This document shows positions 40,997 through 52,532 of a DNA stretch of 64,000 nt, in pieces; the stretch's first letter is position 1; each line of letters begins with the position of its first letter. The notes under the pieces are model-generated. The model saw only the letters and a program-made list of their open reading frames with translations. It was not told the DNA's origin and made no database searches. Made by a program: the position numbers and the translations under genes. The DNA comes from Bdellovibrionales bacterium (GTDB lineage: Bacteria; Bdellovibrionota; Bdellovibrionia; Bdellovibrionales; UBA1609). The DNA lies in NCBI GenBank assembly GCA_041391465.1, contig JAWKNX010000006.1:32789-96788 (forward strand). Direction: 5' to 3'.

Positions 40997-41776
40997 ATGC
41001 GCTTAATACTGGGTATTTTACTATTATTCTCTATAAAAGCACAGGCCCTCACAGGAACTGAAATTGCCCAAAAAGTTTACAACTCCAACAGGGAAGCTGA
41101 TTCTTTTCAAAAAACAAAGATGACCCTCATAGATAAGAGTAAATCAAAAAGAGAGAGGGTATTTATTGTCATTGCTAAGGACAACAATAAATATGACTCC
41201 CAGTCCCTTATCGCATTTTCGGCGCCCAAGAGTATAAAGAGAACTGGACTTCTAATACATAATCATAAAGGGTCTGATGCTGACCAATGGCTTTACCTCC
41301 CCGCCTTGAAAAAAACCCGACGTATAGCTAGTGCCAAAAAACAAGGCCGGTTTGTAGGTTCTGATTTAAGTTATGAGGACCTTGAAGATCGACCGGTATC
41401 AAAAGACAATCACGAACTTATCGGCGAAAAGGTGATTGGGGGCCAAAAATACTATCTTATTAAAAGCACCCCGAAAGACCCTAGCGACTCTATGTATAGA
41501 AAAATTGAGTATTTTGTAGATCCGAATCGGTGGACGATAAAAAAGGCTGATTTTTATACTGAAAAAGAAAAGGTGTATAAAACTTTGCTTGTTAAAGACT
41601 TTAAAAAAGTGGGAAAGACCTGGATTGCAGAACACACTACGATTAAAAACCTTGAGTTGGGCCACACAACTGTTCTCGAAGTTATCGAGACTAAATTCAA
41701 CAATAACTTCAACCCTACATATTTCCAAAAAGGGGCTTTGGAGAATCCAGGAATTTTGATGAAGTATTTAAAATAA
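40997..41776 (+). CDS. LolA-like outer-membrane lipoprotein-sorting family protein
   Basis: The signal peptide is MRLILGILLLFSIKAQA/LTG. The stretch DQWLYLPALKKTRRIASAKKQGRFVGSDLSYEDL is the signature I associate with the LolA_like family. The track ORF starts 21 nt earlier, at 40976. Confidence 0.7.
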   Translation: MRLILGILLLFSIKAQALTGTEIAQKVYNSNREADSFQKTKMTLIDKSKSKRERVFIVIAKDNNKYDSQSLIAFSAPKSIKRTGLLIHNHKGSDADQWLYLPALKKTRRIASAKKQGRFVGSDLSYEDLEDRPVSKDNHELIGEKVIGGQKYYLIKSTPKDPSDSMYRKIEYFVDPNRWTIKKADFYTEKEKVYKTLLVKDFKKVGKTWIAEHTTIKNLELGHTTVLEVIETKFNNNFNPTYFQKGALENPGILMKYLK

Positions 41777-43537
41777 CTTTTGCCAGCGGATTTCCAGAAA
41801 ATCATTTTTGTCATGAAAGCCAAAAAAGCTATCTGCATGGCCATTGAAGATATGGACAGCAACACCAAATGTGCTTGTATCAGACAAGTCATATCCAAAG
41901 TAGGGAGAAAAATAAAGACTGCTGTCGGCTCCATTTAGAATAGCCCTCAATTCCACTCGGAGTTTATCGGCCATCATTAATGTGGAGCTCTGTAGAATGT
42001 ATTGTATTAGATCTGAATTATCTAAGAAGGTTTCCTGGTCCTCTAACAATTGCTCGTGAACCACTTGCCACGTCAAGGTCGTCGTCCAACTAGAAAACTC
42101 AAAGTCACCGCCGATGGCTAGCCGAAACTTTGGGATTTCTGTGACCTCTAAAACTTCATTCAGAACCGCGGAATTTAGAATATAGGCCAACTCCACTTTG
42201 TAAAGCTGGCCATCAAAGGTATTCACGTAGTCCAATCCAAAAACCTGCTCCTTAAAGTATTCAAAATCCACACCTGCCGACAATCCGGTAGCGTCCACTG
42301 AAGCTAATAAAATTTGCTGTCTTAGGGTTTCTGAAAACTGCAGACCGGGCACATCCGGATAGGCATTTAAGTAGGTGAAAGACACATCCCCTTCGCCTGT
42401 TCTTGTTATCCGCACCCCGTAGCTTTGATCCTCACGTTCTCCAAACCCCATACGGACATTTGTAATCAGAGATGGGGCTATGAGTTCCGGATCGCCGCCT
42501 CTTATTGTACCCTCTTCTCTTGAAATACCTGTCCATAGGCTTTCTTCACTTTGCTTTCTGCCCTTTTCCAGCCCAAAATCCACATAGCCATCCCACTTCC
42601 ACGAGCCCGAGTAATGCTGATACCTCATGGCAGTAATAGGCCTGCGATAGCTCGCACCTGAATCAAATACAAATCGAGGCAGGTTTTTAATGTTAACCCG
42701 ATCGAAACTAGATAACTCGTCAAACACACCCCAGGAGAACAATTGTTTGCCAACTGTCAATTGACCCATCGAAAAGGGCTTATTCAAATAGGCTTCGTCC
42801 AATTCAATTATATTTTTATGAAAATTCATGTTGGCGCTTTCTTCATTCCAAATCTCAATGCGCCCCATTAATTTACCCGTAACTTCATCACCGAAATAAT
42901 CAAACCCCACCAAAGCATTGACATAACCCGACTGATATTCGCTGTCGCCAACATGTCCCTCTACAAATAGTTTAGACTGAGCCATGGAAAAGGCAGAGAA
43001 ATAATCAGATAATTTTAGATCCGGTGTCTTTTCAGTTTCATTGACTGAAATTATATACACCGGAATTTCTTTTCTCTTCTTTATACGGATAATATGATTC
43101 GGCCTCACGCCTGCCGCCAGTAGCTCCTGCCGACGCTGATCCGTCTTCTCCCTTTTAAGAGTGATCAACTGGATAAAGTAACTTTTTTTCTTAAATGTAA
43201 CCTTTTGCTGTCGCTTAAGATTTATTGATGAATATTGTTTGGAGTCTTGAACCAATAAATAATAGACATCCTTCTCTTCTTTGGATTTTTTCAATTCATA
43301 ATCGATATTTTGTTCTTTTAGCCTTTCCACATAGGCCTGTGCTTTCTTTAAATTATAGCCTCGAACAATTTTTGCCATCGAAGAACTCGAATAAATGGTG
43401 ATAAGAGAGATTATAATTAGGGATCTCAAATGGCTCTCCAAAAGGTGTAAGTTGAAGCATATCTCAATCCAAATACAATGTGAAGAGTCACCAGATGTAC
43501 ACACGTGCTTTGATTTTTGAATTTGGATTTGAACCAT
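41768..43537 (-). CDS. putative outer-membrane beta-barrel protein
   Basis: The ORF is up to 589 aa and has alternating-hydrophobic beta-strand patterning. The C-terminus ...FLEIRWQKLF ends in an aromatic residue, as in an OMP beta-signal. The likely true start is the TTG at 43429, giving the signal MRSLIIISLITIYSSSSMA. Confidence 0.55.
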   Translation of the reverse strand: MVQIQIQKSKHVCTSGDSSHCIWIEICFNLHLLESHLRSLIIISLITIYSSSSMAKIVRGYNLKKAQAYVERLKEQNIDYELKKSKEEKDVYYLLVQDSKQYSSINLKRQQKVTFKKKSYFIQLITLKREKTDQRRQELLAAGVRPNHIIRIKKRKEIPVYIISVNETEKTPDLKLSDYFSAFSMAQSKLFVEGHVGDSEYQSGYVNALVGFDYFGDEVTGKLMGRIEIWNEESANMNFHKNIIELDEAYLNKPFSMGQLTVGKQLFSWGVFDELSSFDRVNIKNLPRFVFDSGASYRRPITAMRYQHYSGSWKWDGYVDFGLEKGRKQSEESLWTGISREEGTIRGGDPELIAPSLITNVRMGFGEREDQSYGVRITRTGEGDVSFTYLNAYPDVPGLQFSETLRQQILLASVDATGLSAGVDFEYFKEQVFGLDYVNTFDGQLYKVELAYILNSAVLNEVLEVTEIPKFRLAIGGDFEFSSWTTTLTWQVVHEQLLEDQETFLDNSDLIQYILQSSTLMMADKLRVELRAILNGADSSLYFSPYFGYDLSDTSTFGVAVHIFNGHADSFFGFHDKNDFLEIRWQKLF

Positions 43538-43636
43538 CTATTGATTTGACTCATTTTGATACAATTTCCTCTGGGCACAGTGTCCCTGCCAAACTAAGAC
43601 ACTCAACTTTGGTCTAGGTTTGGTCGATAAGTCTCT

Positions 43637-44919
43637 ATGAACCAAAAAGCACTTCAAAAGCTTTTAAAAAAGGTGATGTTTCATCTTCCTAAGCCCTTGC
43701 GTGACCCAATGATTCGATCTCAGGTCAAGATCTCCTATGACTTGGGAGAAGACTTGATCATTAAAACGGCTGAAACCCAAGAAGAACTCGAGAGCGCTTT
43801 TAGACTTCTGCATGATGCCTATGTTGAAAATCAACTTATTAATAAGAACTCCTCAGGGTACAGAATCACCAAATACCACTACTCCCATCCACAACAACCG
43901 TCGTGGCCAAATATAAGGGTCAAGTGGTTGGGACGCTCTCAATCATTCTAGATGGCCCTCTGGGTTTACCTATTGATGAGTTTATAAATATTGATGGCCA
44001 AAGACGACAAGGGCAAAGAATCGTCGAGCTTTCGGCTCTCGCCGTTCGAAACTCTACTGAATTTAGAGGAACTAAGCTCTATTTTCCACTCGCCAATTAT
44101 GTTTACCGCTACAGCAAGCGATTTTTACAAGCCGATACTGTTGTTTGTGTCCTAAAAAATACCGCAGCCCCCTTTATGAGGCATTTTTGGTTTCAAGGAA
44201 ATTAAAGGAAATGTTTCCAACAATTACAAGTTTGTTAAAGATCATGGGTCAAAAGCTTTATACATACCAATCAATGGGTATGATCAAGAGTTTCGGCAAA
44301 AACACTTCTTCAAAGGTAATGACATCAAGAATATTGCAAAGTTGAACTGCATGAATTCACAGATCAATTTATTTTCCCCAAACGACCTTTTTTTTCGGCC
44401 TCTAACAACTGCCTAAGTGTGGAAGTTATAGAAAACCTTTTTGCCAAATGCCCTGAGCTTAAAGAAAATTTGACAGATAATGAGCTTGAAATTTTACAAT
44501 ATGTTTTTAATAGAAAAAGAGTATAAAAAGCTGTTTAGCTCATCAAACCCATTTTTTCATGTCCAGAGCAAAGTATTCGTTACCCCTCAACCTGTCATGC
44601 TTATTTTGTTGATGACGAAAAAATAAAGCACCAATTTAAAGTCATTGATATTTCAGAAAATGGCGCCTCCGTATTAACTGACACAAATGAGATGTTTAAT
44701 GCTTTTGAAGAAAATCAGACGATCTCACTTAAAATCTATATTCGCCAAGACAGCTTCGTTCACGTACAATCAAGAATTGCCTCGAAAAACGACATCAATA
44801 AACTAATTGGTCTAGAGTTTGTTTCCGTCAAAGGCGAGCTGTGGGAGGAGTTTCTTGAATATCTAAAATCCACGTATGTAAATGATCTCCACCTAATTCC
44901 AAAACAAAAAGCCTCTTAG
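43637..44919 (+). pseudogene. FeeM-like N-acyl amino acid synthase (GNAT-related) fused to a C-terminal PilZ-like domain, several frameshifts
   Basis: The N-terminal fragments contain ELESAFRLLHDAYVE, VVGTLSIILDGPLGLPIDE and IVELSALAV. The C-terminal part contains FKVIDISENGASVL (DxSxxG) and ...GLEFVSVKGELWEEFLEYL. Confidence 0.5.
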
Positions 44920-45795
44920 GGGCAAAAAGTTATCTTGTTTGGTCGGTTAAATCCTGACGATCGATCGGCAAAAACTGCCATCTCCACTTCAAGGTCCTTT
45001 TCGCTGACCACGAGTCCTTTTATCAGACTAGTACTTTGCATGCCTTTATATTTTAAAGAGTTTTGTACGGTATTAAACTCGTTAACTTCAACTTTGTCAT
45101 AACCTAATAGCTCATCTTGTATGGTTTTTTGTGTGAATATCGGTAACTCAAATTGTGGCGTCGTCATAATTGAAGAGGATTTCAATTTGCCGGCAGGGTA
45201 AACCTGAAATAACGTGGGTAAAATATTTCGAGCATATTCGACAACTTGATCGTCATCTGTTGCCGTATTGAATCTCCATTTAACTGATCTCTATTATTCC
45301 GATTCACCAAAAATAATGCACCATTGCTTTTCAAAGATTTCTGATTCCTTCAAAACAAAGCCGCAATTCCTCAATATCTGAGATCTTTTCTAAAAAAGTC
45401 TCTGACACCACACCATCAAATCGATTTTCCTTTATGGTACTGAGGTTTAAAACATTTGCATGGTAAAAGCGCACATTTCTCAACCCCAATTTCTTTAATT
45501 CCTTTCGGCCCTCTGCAATTAGGTCTTCACGGGCTTCAAAGCACAATAAAATATGTGGATTCGCTTGCGCTGCTAACTTAAGTAGGACTTCTCCCCTTCC
45601 GGGGCTAACAAAGGCAACCGTCTTGCAGTGCTGAATAGCTCTAGAAATCTGAATGGTTAAAAAGATGTGTAGGGTTTAGGTTCTTAGCTGGTGCTTACCT
45701 GCATTTTGGAGTCTTTCGAACCTTTCATTTATAAGAAATGATTTGATATGAGACGCAAATTTCTTGAGTCTATTCATCCACCTTTTTTGTCTCAT
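44916..45795 (-). pseudogene. class I SAM-dependent methyltransferase-like protein, fragmented
   Basis: The ATG (rc) at 45793-45795 lies behind AGGGGGGA. The fragments show ...VAFVSPGRGEVLLKLA..., FEAREDLIAEGRKELKKLGLRNVRFYHANV...RFDGVVSE and ...NGALFLV. Confidence 0.45.
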
Positions 45796-45961
45796 GATAT
45801 CCCCCCTAACTTAATTCAGGATATCCGCTGAGCACCACTAAAAATATTTAGATAAAACAGTACAAAAAAGTAAAAACTATAGGTGAAATCAAGTTGTTAA
45901 GTTCAATGTTTCATAATGAGAATAACGGGATTAACTAACGTATTGTTGATATACTATTTTT

Positions 45962-47144
45962 ATGAGTGAATTCAGCTTACAACACAGATTCTCTAGGATT
46001 CATAATTACATCCAACAAGGCCATAGCAAACAGGCCAAGAAGGAGTTTAACTCTGTACGGTATGATAATATTCCTAGAGAACATCTAGTAACGTTCGCGG
46101 ATCTCGCTCGAAGAATTGGACAACCTTATATTGCTCTTAAAAAGCTTCAGCCCATTATTCGTCCGGAAAAAACTCTCGTAACTCCCCCAACTCCCAAGAG
46201 TTAGCGATTTATGCGGCTCTATTGGTAAAAGTCGGTGCCATAAATGAGGCCATAAATATTTTAAAATTACTCCCTTACGGTGGAGCTCCCGAAACCTCAC
46301 TCTATTTGGCATACGCCTATATCGCCCAATGGGATTACAAGAAAGCGATTCGCCCACTCAAAAGATTTATCAAACATAAAAACATTAGTGATTACCAATT
46401 GTTGGTCAGCTTAACTTAAGTGCCGCCTTTGTTCGAGTCGGATATCACAATAAAGCCAAAGAACTATTGAAAATAATCTTAAATGAATCCGAACAAAATA
46501 ATTGGAAGCTAATCCACGCTAACGCCCTTGAAGTGTCGGCTCAGTTGGCTGTCAATGAAAACGATTGGGCAGAAGCGCAACAGCTTCTCAATACTGCAAA
46601 ATCGTTTTTGAAAGGCCAACAGAACTCTTCGAGTTTATTTATTCAAAAATGGCTTGCTATCGTTCAAATGTTCAATGGTAACAATAAAGTGAACTCGACG
46701 CTGAAACTACAGGGGGTACGTGAACAAGCCATAAAAAATAGGCATTGGGAAACTGTGCGAGAATGTGACTTATATATAGCAAAATATCTTAATGATTTTA
46801 ATCTATTGAACAAGGTTTACTTGGGCACTCCTTATCGTGAATACCGCAAAAGCATGCTTGAAAGTTTTCAGAAAAATAAAAATCCCAAAGAGAATTTTTG
46901 TTGGAACCCTTCTCTGATTATTGATTAAAGTCAGCTCAATCCACACCCGGTCCTTTTGCCCTCAAAATTGGACAGGGCCCGCACAAGGGTGCTCTTAGCT
47001 CTTACAAAAGACCTGTATAAACCTATCTCCACAGGCGAACTCTTCTCAATCCTTTACCCAAATGAGTATTTCAACCCTTACTCTTCTCCTCAGCGCGTGT
47101 TTCAACAGGTAAAACGTTTAAGAGACGAGTTCAAAAAATTTTAA
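45962..47144 (+). pseudogene. TPR-like repeat protein with a C-terminal winged-helix (OmpR/PhoB-type) DNA-binding segment, fragmented
   Basis: There are four collinear fragments. The helical repeats include YLAYAYIAQWDYKKAIRPLKRFI. The last fragment, RTRVLLALTKDLYKPISTGELFSILYP...RVFQQVKRLRDEF, resembles a trans_reg_C domain. Confidence 0.4.
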
Positions 47145-47668
47145 AATTTCCAATAGATATAAACATGGATAATGGATCTTTCTCGCTAAATGTGAACAAT
47201 GGTGTCAGGTTTATCTTTACAACCTAAACCTTATTAACAAAGACGACCTTTATCTTGAACAACTCCATCATAATTTAAAATCTTTGTGGCCCTATCAAGC
47301 ATTTCGAACAAAGCAGGCTGCCATTCAATTAAAAACACCCCAACGTCGTTTAAATAGAGAAATTTTTGGCACTTGAGAAAAGGAAGCTGATCTCAAAGGG
47401 GCGCGGAAAGGGTAAAGAGTATAAAGTTGCTAGCTGAGTCTATTCACTGTACTCAACGGCTCCAATATCACATGCGCCATTTGAACCTCGAGAGACTTCT
47501 CTTTGATCTTGGGCAACAAAACATTTGCTCTATGGGTACCGCACCTAAGAGAGGAGAATTGGAGTTATCAACTTTAGGGTTTCCGTCGGCCCATTGTCGA
47601 CTAGAAATGGCTGAAGCGTGAGTCAACGCCCACAAGGTCAGATGAATGAGGAGCACAAGAATAATCAC

Positions 47669-49143
47669 TTAAAAGGTTGTATCCACTTGTTTCGGCAACC
47701 CGGTATCTACATCAGCACCGATGAACATGAAATTGCAAAAGCTGGCCCGTACCTGCATTGTAAAGAATGTTTCCAGAAAATTGAGGCATCGTAGTGTTTA
47801 TTAAGTAAAAACATACCACCGGTATTTTCTGATCATTGCATAAAATGTATTGTGCAGTAAATTTATTTCATACAGGAACAAAGGGAGCCGTAAGATTTGT
47901 TGCCAACATAATGATGTTACCAGCTTCCGACAGAGGACAAGTTAATAATGTTGTGCTCGCAGGCTTCACCACATCTCGATCATTCAACACGACGTGATTA
48001 TTGGCAGCGAGATTTGGATAACCTTCGACTTGAAATCTGTTGTTATAAAATGTTGAAGACTCAATATGGTATGGCCATCAGAATATAAAGCGCCTCCCCC
48101 ATAATTAGTTCCAGAAATATTATTTTTAAACGAGCTGGCATAGACTATGAGGCGCTCCCCTCTAAATGAAACCGCACCACCCCATCTATTGGAAATACGG
48201 GCTTTCGAACAGTTTCGGTTACTTTCAAACTGCGAGTAAGTGATAATCATCTGGTTGTAATACGCGGAGATAGCTCCACGGAGTCGTTGTTGGTTGTCGT
48301 TTGATTATTCTCGAAGCGGCAATTGGACACCTCTAACAACTTTCGCTCAACCGATATATCGTTGTAGGTTGAAATGGCTCCGCCAGGACCTTGTCTTGAG
48401 AAATTTTTAATGGTTAGGTTTCGAAAAACAACATGTCCACTCGCAATATTAAAGAGCCCATAGTTTTCACCAGAAGCCTGAATAATTGTTTGATCTCTTG
48501 ATTGCCCCGCTACAGTAATTGGGTGCGACAATGGTTCTATGTCTCGATGAATGGTGTATACACCTTTAGGAAGTTGAATAAGAATAGGAACATTATTTTT
48601 TTCAGCGTTAGCTTCTTCAATTGCAGCCCGCAGTGTGCACTGACCCTGGCCATTGTCACAAACTCTATCTCCCGGACTAGCATCCCCACTATCAGGTAAA
48701 GGGTCACCCCCCGTTACGCGATACGTGTACCCTTCATTAAATGTTCTTGTATAAATTTGATTTTCATATTCTAAACTGCTCGACACCGGATCATAACTTA
48801 ACCCCTCTACGACAGCCGCTACATCCCCTATTTCTGAACACTTTTCGGGAGTGTTTACAATCAAAGACCATTTAGTATTTTTATCGATGCTATCTTTAGT
48901 TATAGGAAGCGGACCAAAATAAGTGGTAAAAAGAATTCTCTCTGGCCGCTGTTTGCCCTCACAGGTAAATCCGTCCGATGAATTTTCAACCACGACCAAT
49001 TTTCCGTCATAGCCTTCACCATTACCAGCGCTGGCGGCGATAGTCCCCACAACAGTAATCCCCACTCCAATGGGCCCAAGACAGCCCTGACCCAAGGTGG
49101 CTATTGTTATTGCTAAAGAGAGGAAAACAAGAAACACTTTCAC
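47669..49143 (-). pseudogene. secreted right-handed beta-helix protein with CSLREA-type motif, fragmented
   Basis: The signal peptide is MKVFLVFLSLAITIATLG... and the motif GQCTLRAAIEEANAEKN is CSLREA-like. Repeats such as FRNLTIKNF, GGAISTYN, GGALYSD and SGNILYNAGTG suggest a parallel beta-helix. The stop (rc) is at 47669-47671. Confidence 0.55.
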
Positions 49144-49279
49144 AGTTTATCTTATCGAAATAAGACACACTTTTCTTAAGACTTAAGTCCTGTCGCTTCA
49201 AAAATACTCGAGCCATTGTCTCAATATGAAGCATATGAATTTCAAATTAAAAATACTCCAACAAAAAGACACGAGAATT

Positions 49280-52015
49280 TTAAGGCTTTATTGTTTTTGT
49301 GATTAACCTTCGTACGAGGATCTTTCTGAGCTCTTCAACCCAAAGCACCAAACTTGCAACTATACCAATGGCAAAAAAATGCTCTACGTCTATTGGCACA
49401 GTATGAAAGAACTGACTTAGTGGAGGCCAGTAAATCACGGCCAAATGAAATATAATACCCAACGAAGCCCACCTAAAAGCCATGGATTTTTAAATATTTT
49501 CAGGAAAATGCTGAGTTTAAACCAGAGCGACAGTTAAGAACATTATACCATTGGCAAACTGCAAGAATGGTAAAAGTTTCGGTTGCACTAGAGCAAATGA
49601 TGCGCCCTCAAAAGAGCGATACAAAAACCAACCAAATGTAGAAGTCACAGGTGCCAATACCATTAGTGGCACCCTTGACAAAAGTGCTCTATCTAAAAGC
49701 GGTTGGTTTGTGGGTATAGGAGGCCTCTCCATTTCATCCCCCTCAGGCGGCTCCATAATAAGGTTAACTGTGAGAGTTCCTTCGGTTACGAGATTAATCC
49801 AAAGAATTTGGACTGCTGCAAGGGGTGGGGCAAAGCCAAAAATTAAAGCTAAAAATAAAACTATGACTTCATCAATTGAAGTTACAAATAAAAATAAAAT
49901 CAGCTTTTTAATATTTTGATAAACTAGCCGCCCCTCTTTTATTGCTGTAACAATCGTAGAAAAATTATCGTCAGTTATAACAATTTTGGCGGCCTCCTTA
50001 GCGACTTCGGTACCGGTGATTCCCATAGCTACGCCAACATTAGCCTTCACCAAGGCGGGTGCATCATTGACCCCATCGCCTGTCATGGCAACAACATCTC
50101 CTTTTTTTTGGTAGGCTGAAACGATTCGAAGCTTTTGCGCGGGATGGACGCGTGCAAAAACACTGATTCTATCTAATTTACTTATTAATTCCTGCTCAGA
50201 TAGAGCATCTAATTCATTACCATCTATTGCTAAATCATTGTTTTGGCTTATGCCCAAGGCCTTTGCAATGGCCAGCCCTGTTTCTTTGTGGTCGCCAGTT
50301 ACCATTACAGGTTTAATGCCCGCTTGTTGACATAGTCGAACCGAGTCCGCAACCTCATCTCTTGGGGGGTCGAGCTGTCCCACCAAACCTATTAATGTTA
50401 CTTTCTTTGCATAGGGTTCATAGCCCTTAGCGCTATCTATATAGGCATCTTCTACAAACCCTAAAGCTAATAATCGTAAGGCAGAGTTGGCCATTCTTTT
50501 TGACGCCAATTGAATATTTATAATTATATCACTAGTAAGTGGCTCAATTTGACCATCTTGATAAATAGAACCACAAATCTCTAGCAACGACTCCGGAGCA
50601 CCTTTAATGTAAATGACACTTTTTCCCTCAACATCATACTGTGTTGCCATCATTTTAGAATCTGAATTAAAAGGTAACTCTGCATTTCGGGTGTATCGCT
50701 CTCTAAGTTCTAAGGTGTCTAAACCGCCTTTTGCAGCAAGGGTGAGAAGTGCTCCTTCGGTTGGATCTCCTAGTATGCGCCAGTTATTATTTGAAGCATC
50801 AGGCCCCAGCAGTTGGGCATCATTGCAAAGAATACTTGCCTCTAAAACTTTACCTAAAGTTTTGTCGTTTCCGGGGTTCAGGTCATGTCCGGCTACTGAA
50901 AAATGTCCTTCTGGAATATAACCTACCCAGAGACAGTAATATCCCTGTTACCAAAGGGCAGGTAAAACCGTAGTCACGGCCATTTCGTTTCGAGTGAGCG
51001 TACCTGTTTTATCACTACAAATTACAGTGGTAGAGCCCAGTGTTTCCACGGTACAACCGTCTGACAATAGTTCCCGGCGCGCCATTCTCTGTACTCCAAC
51101 CGCGAGGGCGATTGTCATTGCTACTGGTAAGCCTTCTGGAACCAATGAGACCATTTGACTAATTGCAATCATAAAAATTTCTATAAACGAAATTCCACGC
51201 CATAGCCCTATAGTGATGACCAGCAAGAACATTAAAAACGAAGCGACGACAAGAACCTTGCCAAATTTTTGAATTCGAACTTCCAGCTGGGTTTTTGGCT
51301 CGACTGTGGTCGTTGTAAGATGGGCGATCTTGCCGATCTCATTATTAACTCCAGTGGCTGTAACTATTGCAAGCCCCTGCCCTGAAGTAATATGAGTGCC
51401 AGCATAAATCATATTGTGGCGGTCGACGAGTAAGGTGTTTTTATCTACGACACCAATAGTCTTAATAACCGAAAGGGATTCTCCCGTTAGTGCGGCCTCC
51501 GCTACAGATATCATTGACGCCTCAATTAACCTTGCATCAGCAGGCACAGCATCACCTGAATTGAGTACCAGAATGTCCCCCGGCACTATTTCACTGGCCT
51601 CAACGAGGTGTTCATGGCCATCCCGAATCACTCGTGCATTTAATTTGGAAAGTCGCCGTAAGGCTCTAAGGGAATTTTCAGCTCGACCTTCTTGGTAGGC
51701 TCCTATAACTGCGTTTGTAAAAACAACCACAAAGATTACGACGGCGTCACGGGCCTCCCCAATAAATAGAGCAATTCCAGCGGCGCCCAAAAGAAGGTAA
51801 ATCAGCGGACTTAAAAACTGATGAGCGAAAATTGAAAAAAGAGAGCGTTTTTTTGGCTCTGGTAGAGTGTTCGTTCCATACTCGGCCAGTCGACGAGTAA
51901 CCTCTGCAGAAGATAGGCCCGCTGCAATATTTGATCTGAGGCTTGATACTGCATCACTGGCACTTTTGGAGTGCCAAGGCGTATTAACTTCTGTGTTCAT
52001 GAACTGGTTCTGCAT
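49280..52015 (-). pseudogene. cation-translocating P-type ATPase (P2-like, Ca2+/Mg2+ type), fragmented
   Basis: N-terminal fragment 50948-52015 contains ICSDKTGTLTRNEM (phosphorylation site). Fragment 49517-50653 contains MVTGDHKETG and TGDGVNDAPALVKANVGVAMG. The C-terminal TM fragment is 49280-49483. Confidence 0.85.
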
Positions 52016-52265
52016 TGATTATTCCAATCTGTCCATAGCAAAATTGGCGGCGCTAACGGGACTTTCTGGCACAATCATTGATACATTTTGCACTCCATTA
52101 TCAACCCTAATAATCACTTTGAATCAATGGTATTAAAACTGCAAACTTGCTGGAGTTTCCGGACTTAATTAAAAGAATCTTTTAGTAGGTCCAAAGTCAA
52201 CGATCCTATTAAGTGAAAAAGCACAAACTGCTCAGGCTTAAGCCCTTAGTAAGTGGGAGGAAATA

Positions 52266-52532
52266 GTGAATGAATTATATTTTATAAAGTGGTTTGAAAA
52301 TATATCAAAAAAAGATATTCCGGAAGTTGGTGGGAAAAGTGCATCATTAGGAGAGATGTTTCAAGCTCTTGCGCCAAAAGGAATTCAAGTCCCTCCAGGA
52401 TTTGCAGTGACTGCACATGCTTCAGCGAGAAGTACACAAGTGGCGAGGACATTGGTACGAAGCGAGGGAATGCGTGACAGAATTAAAAATGGAATTCGTA
52501 AAGCGTATCGCCAACTCTGTGAGCCGTCATGA
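52266..52532 (+). pseudogene. remnant of phosphoenolpyruvate synthase / PEP-utilising enzyme N-terminus (88 codons only)
   Basis: ISKKDIPEVGGKSASLGEMFQALAPKGIQVPPGFAVTAHA matches the PpsA N-terminal ATP-grasp start (compare E. coli VDRVGGKNASLGEM...GVSVPNGFATTA). The ORF ends after 88 codons and overlaps the ldhA start. Confidence 0.6.
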
